Below are positions 20,001 to 28,503 of a stretch of DNA of 64,000 nucleotides, one piece after another. The notes beneath the pieces are model-generated. The model saw only the letters and a program-made list of their open reading frames with translations, ran no database searches and was not told the DNA's origin. Source of the stretch: Thermoanaerobaculia bacterium (GTDB taxonomy: Bacteria; Acidobacteriota; Thermoanaerobaculia; Multivoradales; Multivoraceae); contig OY761158.1 in NCBI GenBank assembly GCA_963664405.1, positions 5,696,001-5,760,000 on the forward strand. The letters run 5' to 3'. The position numbers were made by a program, and so were the translations under genes. Within the stretch, counting starts at the first letter, position 1, and the number at the start of each line of letters is the position of its first letter.

Positions 20001-21104
20001 CTAGGCGGCGACAAGCTTGAAGTTCTCGCGCGCTACCGGGCGACGGATCTCGACCTGCATCGCTTGGCGTGCCCCGATCGCGTCGAGAAGCTCGTCACAC
20101 GCATTCTTTTCCTCTTTGCCGCGGGTCTGGTAGAAGCTCACCGGACGTTGGAACATCCATTGGGAGAAGGGTCGCACGCTACGCTCGGCGCTCACCTCGC
20201 CGGTGTCGCCGCGAAGCAGCGTAAAGGTGTGGGTGCCGATGGCTCGTGGGATCTCCTCGCCGGCATGCTCATCGAGCCACTCGGCGGTCCTCTGAACGGT
20301 GTCGAGAAGTACTGGGATCTGCTCGTCGCTCATTCTTTGTAGCACGGGCAGCAGTGTTGCCGGGATCGCGTCTTCATCGAGGAAGCTCCCGCTCAGAGGC
20401 TCGGGGTGCTGCATGCGCTCAACCCACGCTGCGACATCGGGAGCGGTCCGTCTCATCAGCTCGCCAGGATAGGGGTCTCGGTAGAGGTGGGCGTAGAGCG
20501 GACCGATGAGGCCGAAGTCACCGATCGAAGGGCGCGTCCCGAAGAGGTAGGGATGGTTGCCGAAATGATCGTTCAGCTCGCCGAGGAGCGATTCGTAAGA
20601 CTGCTCGATCGCGGCCTCGGTGGCCTCGTTGATGCCAAGGAACGGGAGGGAACCGAAAAAGGCTTTGGCATTGCGCTCGCCGAGGGCGCGCTGCTCGTCT
20701 TCGGAGAGATCAGGTCGCGATAGCTTGCCGAACTCGAGGACGGTCCATTCGTAGCAGTGGTTCCATCGGTAGTGCATCGCCGGCAGACCGAGCCACTCGT
20801 CGCCGTAGACCTCGAGCAGCAGCGCGGCAAGCCGCTGGCGCGAGCCCGCGGGATAGATCGAGGGATCCGGAAAGCGGGCCTCGAGCGCGTCGATGATCTC
20901 GGTTGTGTCTTGGAGAGTCTCGCCTTCCGGGGTGATTACGACTGGGATCACAGGCCAGCCCACGCGCGGCAGGATCTCGTTCCGATAGACGTCTCGTGTG
21001 GCGAGGACTTCGTCGAAGGGGATGTTCTTATAGCGCAGGTAGGCTCGGGCCTTGCCGCTGTAGAAGGAGACTTCGCCGCCGAGAAGCCGGAATACATCGC
21101 TCAT
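20001..21104 (-). CDS. Glutathione S-transferase family protein (long form)
   Basis: Motifs SFYSGKARAYLRYK, IPV, QDTTEII and PYLFGTRPSIGDFG. Confidence 0.85.
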   Translation of the reverse strand: MSDVFRLLGGEVSFYSGKARAYLRYKNIPFDEVLATRDVYRNEILPRVGWPVIPVVITPEGETLQDTTEIIDALEARFPDPSIYPAGSRQRLAALLLEVYGDEWLGLPAMHYRWNHCYEWTVLEFGKLSRPDLSEDEQRALGERNAKAFFGSLPFLGINEATEAAIEQSYESLLGELNDHFGNHPYLFGTRPSIGDFGLIGPLYAHLYRDPYPGELMRRTAPDVAAWVERMQHPEPLSGSFLDEDAIPATLLPVLQRMSDEQIPVLLDTVQRTAEWLDEHAGEEIPRAIGTHTFTLLRGDTGEVSAERSVRPFSQWMFQRPVSFYQTRGKEEKNACDELLDAIGARQAMQVEIRRPVARENFKLVAA

Positions 21105-21214
21105 GGCGCGACTAGATCAGGAGCGGCGCGACATGTCTAGACTGGCCGGGGCTCGCCTTGGCCTCCAACCCGGGGTAGGGTCGGCGAAGTCTCTTGACGT
21201 GGAGGGTCGAGCTA

Positions 21215-22543
21215 TTGACGAACCTGGTGCAGTATCTCGTTCGCTTCTTCTTGCGTTGGGTCCCTGACGCCTTCGTGGTCGCGGCGCTGCTTACTCTGCT
21301 CACCTTCGCTCTCGCGATCGGTGTTGCCGACTACCCGGCTCAGGCGGCCCTGGAGTCATGGGGAGATTCCTTCTGGGATCTTCTCACCTTCACCAATCAA
21401 ATCGTCCTGACCCTTCTTTTTGGCTATGCCTTCGCCAATACGCCACCGGTTCGGAGGGTGCTGCTGGCTCTTGCCGGCTTGGCGCGCTCTCCGGGTGCCG
21501 CCTATGGCATGGCCTGCCTCATCACCGGCGTCTGCGCTCTCTTCAATTGGGGAATGAGCCTGATCGCCGGCGGCATCATGTCGCGAGCGATTGGTGAGTC
21601 GTGTCGCCGAGCGGGGGTGAAGGTCCATTACCCCCTGTTGGTGGCTTCGGCTTTCTCCGGCTTTGTCATCTGGCATCAGGGCCTTTCCTCCTCCATAGGG
21701 CTCGCGCTCGCGACTCCCGGACACTTCCTGGAGGAAGAGGTGGGTCTGATTTCGATCTCGCAGACCATCCTCTCTCCTTGGAGCTTGGTTGTGGCGATGA
21801 TCGTTCTGTGCACCATGCCCTTTGTGATGGCGGCGTTGAGACCGAGGTCCGAGGCCGAGATCGAGGAGATTCCGGATCGTCTCCTAGGCGTGGCCGAGAA
21901 GATTGTCGAGGATTCCCGAGCTTTGACTCCAGCGCAGAGAGTGGAGAAGTCGGCGATCCTCAATCTCTTGATCGTCGGTTGTGGTGTCTTCTACCTTTGG
22001 GTTCATTTCGTTGTTCGGGGCGACTGTTTGAATCTCAATATTCTCAACTTCTCGTTTCTGGTGGCCGGCCTTCTGCTTGCCGGGTCGCCGATCCGTTACG
22101 TCGGCATCATTGTCGAAGGTGGAAGGGTGGCAGTGCCTTTCCTTCTCCAATACCCTTTCTACGCGGCGATCTCCGGTGTTATGGCCGACTCTGGTCTGGC
22201 GCAGATGGTGGTCGAGCTCTTCACCTCGATCTCCAGCGCTCGCACCTTGCCGTTCTTCGGTTTCTTATCCGGAGGGGCGCTCAACCTCTTCGTCCCCTCC
22301 GGTGGAGGGCAATGGGCGGTCCAGGGCCCGATCATGATGGAGGCCGCTCAGCGCGTTGGAGCCGATGTTCCGAGAGTGGCGATGTCGGTTGCCCTCGGCG
22401 ATCAATGGACCAACCTCATCCAGCCGCTGGCCATCATCCCTGTCGTCACCATAGCCGGGATCCACCTTCGGGAGATCATGGGCTATTGCTTTGTGGCGTT
22501 GGCTTGGAGCGGGCTCCTCTTCAGCATAGCTCTACTCGTGTGA
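21215..22543 (+). CDS. Short-chain fatty acid transporter (AtoE family)
   Basis: Motifs PDAFV, WG..FWDLL.F, HYPLLVA, LNLN, LLQYPFYA, NLFVPSGGGQWAVQGP and GDQWTNLIQP. TTG at 21215 follows GGAGG. Confidence 0.9.
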   Translation: MTNLVQYLVRFFLRWVPDAFVVAALLTLLTFALAIGVADYPAQAALESWGDSFWDLLTFTNQIVLTLLFGYAFANTPPVRRVLLALAGLARSPGAAYGMACLITGVCALFNWGMSLIAGGIMSRAIGESCRRAGVKVHYPLLVASAFSGFVIWHQGLSSSIGLALATPGHFLEEEVGLISISQTILSPWSLVVAMIVLCTMPFVMAALRPRSEAEIEEIPDRLLGVAEKIVEDSRALTPAQRVEKSAILNLLIVGCGVFYLWVHFVVRGDCLNLNILNFSFLVAGLLLAGSPIRYVGIIVEGGRVAVPFLLQYPFYAAISGVMADSGLAQMVVELFTSISSARTLPFFGFLSGGALNLFVPSGGGQWAVQGPIMMEAAQRVGADVPRVAMSVALGDQWTNLIQPLAIIPVVTIAGIHLREIMGYCFVALAWSGLLFSIALLV

Positions 22544-22602
22544 ATAGAAAAAAGGCGCGCAGCGGCCGGTGAATTCGGTGAGGCGCTCGAGCGTCCCGGG
22601 AG

Positions 22603-22707
22603 CTAGGAGCGTGTCCGAGAATTCGGACAGGCGAGTAGTTCTCAGGCGGGGATTCTCAGGCGGGGATGGGCCGGGAAACGGGCCGAAGGCGCGTTTTCTG
22701 GGGCTAG
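22603..22707. repeat. CTAG-bounded hairpin repeat, module D (stand-alone copy with an internal 14-bp tandem duplication)
   Basis: CTAG GAGCGTGTCCGAGAATTCGGACAGGCGAGTAGTTCTCAGGCGGGGATGGGCC...GGGG CTAG; near-identical to 53220-53309 and similar to the inserts in 30320-30532 and 58954-59210. Confidence 0.85.
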
Positions 22708-23483
22708 GGCCCGCCGGCGCTCGTCTCTGGAGTCAGCCTCGCGCGGCCGCGAAAGGCGGCGACCGCGAGCCAGCCTGCCGGCAGCAGCACCAGCAGGTAG
22801 CTCAGTAGACGGCCGTAGGCACCGTCGGGGCCGTAGGGCTCGGTCGCCCAGTGAAGAGTCTCGCTGTAGGGAAGAACGTTGGCTTCGGTAAGCTCGTGGA
22901 CTCCGTAGATGAGTAGCTGTACTACGAAGACCAGAAGGAAGACGGCGGTCACCTGGAGAAAAATGCCCAGATTCAGTCGGTGACCCCAGCGCGCCCAGGC
23001 CAGTGCCAGCAGGGCGGCCGCGATGCAGCCGAGGACGGCCCCTATCAGAAGCTGAGTTGACTTGACCTGGAACACCAGAGCATTGAAGAGTAGGGCAGTC
23101 TCCATCCCCTCCCGAGTGATCATGAAGATCGTGAAGACGAAAACTCCCAGCCACGCTCCCCGCCCCTCTCGAGCCGCTGAGGTCTCCAGCCGAGACTGGA
23201 TCTGCTGGCGCATGTGCTTGCCCGCCCTCCACATATGAACGGTCAGAGAGGCCACCAGTACGGCGGCGACGATGGCCAGGATGCCCTCCCAAAGAGCTTT
23301 GTTGGCTGCCTGGTGAAACAGCCACGCTGCCGCGACGCTGCACCCGATCGAGGCGACAACGCCCCAATGAACAGCCGACACGAGTGAGCTTCGCCCAGTC
23401 TTTTTCAGATAAGAGAGACTGATGGCGACAATCAGGAATGCCTCCAGACCTTCACGAAGAGTGATAACTAGAGCTTGAAACAT
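22704..23483 (-). CDS. FTR1/EfeU-family iron permease
   Basis: Two RExxE motifs (LREGLEA, TREGMET), about 7 TM helices, and YGVHEL. Confidence 0.9.
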   Translation of the reverse strand: MFQALVITLREGLEAFLIVAISLSYLKKTGRSSLVSAVHWGVVASIGCSVAAAWLFHQAANKALWEGILAIVAAVLVASLTVHMWRAGKHMRQQIQSRLETSAAREGRGAWLGVFVFTIFMITREGMETALLFNALVFQVKSTQLLIGAVLGCIAAALLALAWARWGHRLNLGIFLQVTAVFLLVFVVQLLIYGVHELTEANVLPYSETLHWATEPYGPDGAYGRLLSYLLVLLPAGWLAVAAFRGRARLTPETSAGGP

Positions 23484-23506
23484 CGTTTATTCTTTATCTT
23501 CTTCAT

Positions 23507-23523
23507 TTGAGACAACGTCTCAA
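23507..23523. promoter_or_regulatory. Palindromic operator, probably a Fur-family or other metal-responsive repressor site
   Basis: TTGAGAC-AAC-GTCTCAA is a perfect 7-3-7 inverted repeat 23 bp upstream of the FTR1 start codon. Confidence 0.6.
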
Positions 23524-23636
23524 TAAGGGGCGCCTATTCTGACCGAGGAGGATCGCGCTGTCAAAAGACGAGTGGGTCGCCCATCCATCACCGCCTTGGC
23601 GAGATGGATAGCGTGCCTTCTCAGGACGGTAAGATG

Positions 23637-23667
23637 TTGATTTATGTCAATTTGTCGAAAAACGGCA
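23637..23667. promoter_or_regulatory. Candidate activator sites (FNR/CRP-like box and an enhancer-like palindrome)
   Basis: TTGAT-TTAT-GTCAA (23637-23650) and TGTCG-AAAAA-CGGCA (23653-23667) in an AT-rich intergenic region about 125-150 bp upstream of a sigma54-type promoter. Confidence 0.35.
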
Positions 23668-23789
23668 CCCGTATGACAATAATTGGGCGCGCACGATGAC
23701 GTTTTATGTCGACCTGGAAAGGTCCGACGACCTTGAGTTCCGGGCCTAAACCTCGCCTCGCCAAGTGTTTGCGCTAATCGTAGTTGCCC

Positions 23790-23805
23790 TGGCACGGGGC
23801 ATGCT
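23790..23805 (+). promoter_or_regulatory. Sigma54 (-24/-12) promoter candidate
   Basis: TGGCACGGGGCATGCT versus consensus TGGCACGNNNNTTGCW, about 30 bp upstream of the ORF at 23835. Confidence 0.6.
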
Positions 23806-23834
23806 TCCTAATTCGGAAAGATTAGGGGGCCAGG

Positions 23835-24473
23835 ATGGGGAGCATCACAAGAACATGGCGCCGACTTCGCGGACAGCACATCTCGGCGCCGAGCTATGAC
23901 TGCTGTCGATCCGAGCGAGAACTGCTCGGCACTCTGGGTGACGCGATTAGTGACAGCGCGCGAGACATTGCCTTGGCGGTTCGGCCTCCGGGCTGTGGGC
24001 GCCTGGCCTTGCTGGTCATGAAGTCGTTTTCTCCGACGAACTACGCGTACCACTCGATGGTCCGAGCGCGCTTGCTCTCCGAGTCGATCGTCTTCGTTGC
24101 GGGCAGGATCCGCGAAGTTCTCGCCGAGCTTTGCGAGCATGGTGACGCGGACTATCTCTATCGCGAGGCCGCGACCTGCGCCGGTGCTTCGATGGCGACA
24201 GCCGCGAACATGACCCCCGACGAGGCCGGGGAGTTCACTCGCACTCTCTCTCACGTTCTCCTACAGCATGCTCACTTCCCGCCTTCCGATGACGACCAGG
24301 CCTTGGTTCGTCTCGTCGCCTCGAGAGAGAGAAAGCTGACGGTTGCAGAAGCGGTTCGAGTGCTCCGCAAGCTCATGGGCCTGGACCCACTGATGCGTAC
24401 CGAGCCTTGGGCTTTCGCACGAAGCTGGCAGCTTCTTCGTGGCGACAGCTGGGATGCGGCCGCGAGCGTCTAG
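23835..24473 (+). CDS. Hypothetical protein
   Basis: 212-aa ORF preceded by AGGGGG and a sigma54-like promoter; no family recognised. Confidence 0.6.
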   Translation: MGSITRTWRRLRGQHISAPSYDCCRSERELLGTLGDAISDSARDIALAVRPPGCGRLALLVMKSFSPTNYAYHSMVRARLLSESIVFVAGRIREVLAELCEHGDADYLYREAATCAGASMATAANMTPDEAGEFTRTLSHVLLQHAHFPPSDDDQALVRLVASRERKLTVAEAVRVLRKLMGLDPLMRTEPWAFARSWQLLRGDSWDAAASV

Positions 24474-24668
24474 GCGACAGCGAACCGGCCTTCCTCGATC
24501 CCTTCTCGATTCTCGTGGCGTCGCCAGCGGCAGCCTGGCGAACCTCCTTGCGCTTCTTACACGAGGTGGAGCTTTAGCTCGGCTCCTGTGTCAACATATC
24601 CCTCCACACCGGGCCGCGCTCCCAAGGACGACGGCGCGCGGAGAGGATCCCCTGATTGGAGGAACTAG

Positions 24669-25433
24669 ATGGCACCCCTCGAGATCGAGATCATTCCTGT
24701 TCTGAGCGACAACTATGTCTACGCCCTCCACGAGCCCACTTCGGGTGCTACCGGAGTCGTTGACCCGCCGGTGGTCGAGCCGGTTCTTGGCTGTCTCGAG
24801 GCGCGTGGGTGGAGCCTGGACTGGATCCTTTCCACCCATCATCATGCCGACCACACCGGCGGCAATTTGGAGCTCAAGGCCAAGACCGGATGCCGAATCG
24901 TGGGCCCGAAGAACGATCCGATCCCAGGTCTGGACCAGGGGGTGGGGGAGGGTGATCGCTTCAAGCTCGGCGAAGCGGAGGCGGTCGTGTTCGAGACCCC
25001 CGGCCATACCCGCGGTCACATTTCTTATTGGTTCGAGGGAGCGAGTGCCCTCTTTTGCGCCGATACTCTCTTCTCCCTTGGCTGTGGCCGTCTCTTCGAA
25101 GGCAGCCCTGAGCAGATGTGGCATTCACTTGGTAAGTTTCTTCCACTGCCGGATGAAACTCTCGTCTACTGTGGTCACGAGTACACACTCTCCAATGCCC
25201 GCTTCGCGCTGTCGATCGATCCGGACAACGCCGCCTTGCAGTCTCGCGCCGGCGAAATAGAGCGCCTCAGAGAGCAGGGAAAGCCGACGATCCCCTCTCA
25301 GCTCGGTGAAGAGAAGGCCGCCAATCCCTTTCTTCGTCCCAACGATGCGGCGATTCGTCGACGGCTCGGTATGGAGAGTGCGTCCGAGGCCGAGGTTTTT
25401 GGCGAGATCCGTCGGCGCAAGGACGCCTTCTGA
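24669..25433 (+). CDS. gloB: Hydroxyacylglutathione hydrolase (glyoxalase II)
   Basis: Motifs LSDNY, THHHADHTGG, TPGHTRGH, DTLFSLGCGRLFEG, CGHEYT, NPFLR and RRRKD; GGAGG ribosome-binding site. Confidence 0.95.
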   Translation: MAPLEIEIIPVLSDNYVYALHEPTSGATGVVDPPVVEPVLGCLEARGWSLDWILSTHHHADHTGGNLELKAKTGCRIVGPKNDPIPGLDQGVGEGDRFKLGEAEAVVFETPGHTRGHISYWFEGASALFCADTLFSLGCGRLFEGSPEQMWHSLGKFLPLPDETLVYCGHEYTLSNARFALSIDPDNAALQSRAGEIERLREQGKPTIPSQLGEEKAANPFLRPNDAAIRRRLGMESASEAEVFGEIRRRKDAF

Positions 25434-25450
25434 GATCCGGAGCCGGCCTC

Positions 25451-27223
25451 TTAGCGGAGCAGGGCTTCGATCGTGTGAGCGGCGACGGGGTGGTAGCCGG
25501 GTTTGGCGCGCTCGAAGATCTCGACCGCCCTCTTGCACCCCGCTTCGGTCCGTGCGAGCTCATCGTAGAGAGGCTTGAGGAATTTTCGCCGACCTTGACT
25601 CATCAGGAACCTTTCCAAGGCGGCGTCCGCCGGCTGGTAAGCGTGGCGGATCGTGAGTAGCAGCCAAGCGGCGAGAATCTCGCAGTTGCCGGTCTCGGTG
25701 AAGCCGAAGGTCTTGTCGATGTCGGCGAGCTGCCTCTCCTTCAGCGCTCCTGGAAGATTGCGAAGAAAATGAAGCTTGCGCTGCGTCTCCCAGCCTTCGG
25801 TGGCGAGCTCCGCGGCTGGGGTACCGGCGAGGAGGCGTTGGATCTCCTGCTCGACGCGGGCGAGGGCCGGAGAGGAGGGTCGGGGGGCATCCGCCGGCAG
25901 GCCGGGACCGAAGACCCAGTCGTCGACATGAAGCCTCTCACGCGAGGTTCCCGCCGGCGCCAAGAGTGTAGTTTCGAGATAATCGAGGAAGCGCTCGGTG
26001 GACATCGACTGGAAGGCAAACTCGTCGAAGTAGCGGCGAACAAAGTCATCCCAGGCGCTTCGCCCGACCGCTTCCTCGAGCATGCGGAGGAAGAAGAACC
26101 CCTTGTCGTAGGCGATGAGATTCATGCCATCGTCGGGGTCGCGGCCAGCCAGAGACAGTTGCAGATGAGTGTCGGGGCTCGATGCACCGAGAGTCTCGAT
26201 TTCGTGGTCGAGCTCTTGGCGAGAGATCAGAGCGAGCATCTCGGCGTGGTCGGTCCCATACAGGGCCTCCATGATGCGATGTTCGAAGTAGGTCGTGAAG
26301 CCCTCGTTGAGCCAGAAGTCGTTCCAGCTGGCGTTGGTGACGAGGTTGCCTGACCAGGAATGAGCTAGCTCGTGGGCGACGAGCGAGACCAGGGAGCGGT
26401 CACCGGCGAGGATAGTAGGTGTCGCAAAGGTAAGGCGAGGGTTCTCCATGCCGCCGAACGGAAAGCTCGGCGGGAGGATGAGAAGGTCGTAACGGCCCCA
26501 TCGGTACGCGCCATAGAGATTCTCGGCAGCGGCGATCATCGACTCGGTGCCTGCGAGCTCCCAACTTGCGGCGTCTATCGTTTCAGGTTCAGCATAGACC
26601 CCTGTCCGGGGACCGAGCGACTGGAACTCGAGATTGCCGACAGCCAGCGCCATCAGGTATGAGGGGATCGGCTGCGTCATCTTGAAGCTGTACTTTCCGT
26701 CTCCGTTCCGCCTCCGTGGGTTTCGGGCGCTCATCAGTGCGATCATCCCGGTGGGTACGCGAACTTGCGCCTCGTAGGTGAAGCGCACGGCCGGAGAGTC
26801 CTGGAGGGGTACCCAGGTGCGTGCGAGAATTGCCTGGGACTGGGTGAACAGGAGCGGGTGATTCCCGTTTGCGGTCTGAGCCGGCTCGAGCCACTGCAGG
26901 GCGGTAGCGTTGGGACTGGTGCGATAGCTCAGGCTGACGCTCTGGGTCGAGGGGGCGAGCGATATCACCAGTGGCCGACCGAGAATCCCCTGGTCTTCAC
27001 CGAAAGCGAAGTCAAGGGCTTTGCCGTCATTCCCCTGAACCTGGTCGATGGCTAGGCCCCAGGTGTCGAGCACCAATTCCGAGGCTCCGTCGCTGCGCTT
27101 CAGTTCCAGCGTTGCCGTTCCTGTCAGCTGGCGCTGCCCGAAGTCGACCTCCAGGTCCAGGGCAAGGTGCTGAACGGAGGTCTCCCAGGGGCGTGCGAAG
27201 GAGTGAGGATCGTCGAAGCGCAT
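25451..27223 (-). CDS. M1 family aminopeptidase (leukotriene A4 hydrolase-like)
   Basis: Motifs DPHS, FPFGGMENP and HELAHSWSGN...WLNEG (HEXXH-X18-E), YDKG, and C-terminal GRRKF. Confidence 0.92.
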   Translation of the reverse strand: MRFDDPHSFARPWETSVQHLALDLEVDFGQRQLTGTATLELKRSDGASELVLDTWGLAIDQVQGNDGKALDFAFGEDQGILGRPLVISLAPSTQSVSLSYRTSPNATALQWLEPAQTANGNHPLLFTQSQAILARTWVPLQDSPAVRFTYEAQVRVPTGMIALMSARNPRRRNGDGKYSFKMTQPIPSYLMALAVGNLEFQSLGPRTGVYAEPETIDAASWELAGTESMIAAAENLYGAYRWGRYDLLILPPSFPFGGMENPRLTFATPTILAGDRSLVSLVAHELAHSWSGNLVTNASWNDFWLNEGFTTYFEHRIMEALYGTDHAEMLALISRQELDHEIETLGASSPDTHLQLSLAGRDPDDGMNLIAYDKGFFFLRMLEEAVGRSAWDDFVRRYFDEFAFQSMSTERFLDYLETTLLAPAGTSRERLHVDDWVFGPGLPADAPRPSSPALARVEQEIQRLLAGTPAAELATEGWETQRKLHFLRNLPGALKERQLADIDKTFGFTETGNCEILAAWLLLTIRHAYQPADAALERFLMSQGRRKFLKPLYDELARTEAGCKRAVEIFERAKPGYHPVAAHTIEALLR

Positions 27224-27228
27224 CAGTT

Positions 27229-27388
27229 CTAGTGTCCTGTATCAGTGGTTCGTTGCATAAATCGCGCAGTCATTTTGGGTGCTGCCAAGGCGCTACGACG
27301 AAGGTATATTGGGCAATATTTGAGCAACGACGGCAGCGCGCAAAAGGGCCAGCGAGTTGTGTGACGAACTACTGGTACAGGACACTAG
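27229..27388. mobile_element. MITE-like element, type B (TIR TGTCCTGTAYCAGTRGTTCGT), CTAG-flanked
   Basis: CTAG TGTCCTGTATCAGTGGTTCGT...ACGAACTACTGGTACAGGACA CTAG; core shared with types A and C; partial second copy at 33856. Confidence 0.8.
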
Positions 27389-27549
27389 ACCAGCGTTTCC
27401 AAAGTTCGCGCACATATCTCGGCCCCTTCTGTCCGCTGACGGCGTTTCGCCTCCTCGACATATTGCCCAATATGCCTGCGTCGGCGGGCCTGGCCAGCGA
27501 ACAGAATGACCTCGAGCTATGTACACGAACTTTGGAAACGCTGGTCTAG
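27385..27549. mobile_element. MITE-like element, type A (TIR ACCAGCGTTTCCAAAGTTCG), no D insert, CTAG-flanked
   Basis: CTAG ACCAGCGTTTCCAAAGTTCG...CGAACTTTGGAAACGCTGGT CTAG. Shares its left CTAG with the type B copy; the right CTAG is the stop of the methyltransferase gene. Confidence 0.85.
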
Positions 27550-28454
27550 GTGGGGTGGCCTTGGATCTCGTCAGGTGTGGCGGCTCCGCCGCGGGCGAAG
27601 AGTAGGATCCTGTACTCCTTGAGCGCGAGGAAAGCCTCGGGGTCGACGCGCGGCCTCCAGCGCCTCTCTACTCGTTGTCGCAGTTGTCGTACTGCCAGTC
27701 GCAGACTCCGATACTTGAATCGACGACGAAGAGTTCGGGTCCATGAGTCGATTTTCGCACACTTGACTTCGAAGTCCTTGTCGAGATCGCGCAAGGCTCT
27801 GGTCACCACGTCGTCAAGAAATCGAGCGGCGATCTCGAGCGTGGGCAGGGTCTCTTTGGTGATGTCTTCGTCGAGCTGCAGCTGGAATCCGGCGTCTGCC
27901 GCCGCCGCGCGTAGGGCGCCCAGGGGATGCCCGCTGCGTTCGATGGGATGATCCTGCTCGGAGAGGGGGCGTCGGACGAAGTAGTCTGCGATGAGGAGAT
28001 ACCCGTCCTTTGCAAGAGCTCGGTCGGCGACGTCGAAGAGCCGGCTTAGATTGATGTACTGGCTGGATTCGCTCATCAGGATCAGTTCGAAGCGGCGGTC
28101 CGGCTCGAAGTCGTCGAAGCGGGTCAGGTACTTCGAGACCAAGCCGTCGCCGAGCTCTTCGAGCTGGTAGGAGTCTGGGGACAGCACCGAGACCTGGTGC
28201 CCACGGGCGCTCAACTCTTTAGCGGTAGTGCCGAAACCGCAGCCGACGTCGAGTAGGCTCGAGACTCTCAACGAGCTCACAATGTCGAGCAGTCGGGTCG
28301 CGTAGCGAGTTTGTGCCACGCGCAGCTCGGCAAAGCCCAAGTCCGGGCCTTTTTCTTCGAACAGGCCGTAGTGTAGATGCTCGAGGCCGAGGGTGTCGTG
28401 AAGGAAGCGGAGGACTGCATCCTGACTCGCTGCCTCGGCTCCAGAGTCGGGCAT
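27546..28454 (-). CDS. Class I SAM-dependent methyltransferase
   Basis: Motifs HLHYG, LLDVGCGFG, ESSQY and LAKDGYLLIADY. Confidence 0.8.
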   Translation of the reverse strand: MPDSGAEAASQDAVLRFLHDTLGLEHLHYGLFEEKGPDLGFAELRVAQTRYATRLLDIVSSLRVSSLLDVGCGFGTTAKELSARGHQVSVLSPDSYQLEELGDGLVSKYLTRFDDFEPDRRFELILMSESSQYINLSRLFDVADRALAKDGYLLIADYFVRRPLSEQDHPIERSGHPLGALRAAAADAGFQLQLDEDITKETLPTLEIAARFLDDVVTRALRDLDKDFEVKCAKIDSWTRTLRRRFKYRSLRLAVRQLRQRVERRWRPRVDPEAFLALKEYRILLFARGGAATPDEIQGHPT

Positions 28455-28503
28455 AGGCCGGTCATCCTAGCAGCGCGCGGTGCGCTTCGGTCGACCTGAG
28501 CTA

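Noticed and set aside
21112-21140. 29-bp segment bounded by CTAG on both sides, between the GST and the AtoE-like gene
   Set aside because: No similarity to the A-D modules and no real TIR; probably coincidence.
24500-24600. Minus-strand TTGACA, a perfect AAGGAGGT and a TCGCCAG/CTGGCGA hairpin suggesting a small gene or sRNA
   Set aside because: No properly spaced -10 element and no start codon after the SD-like sequence; not enough support.
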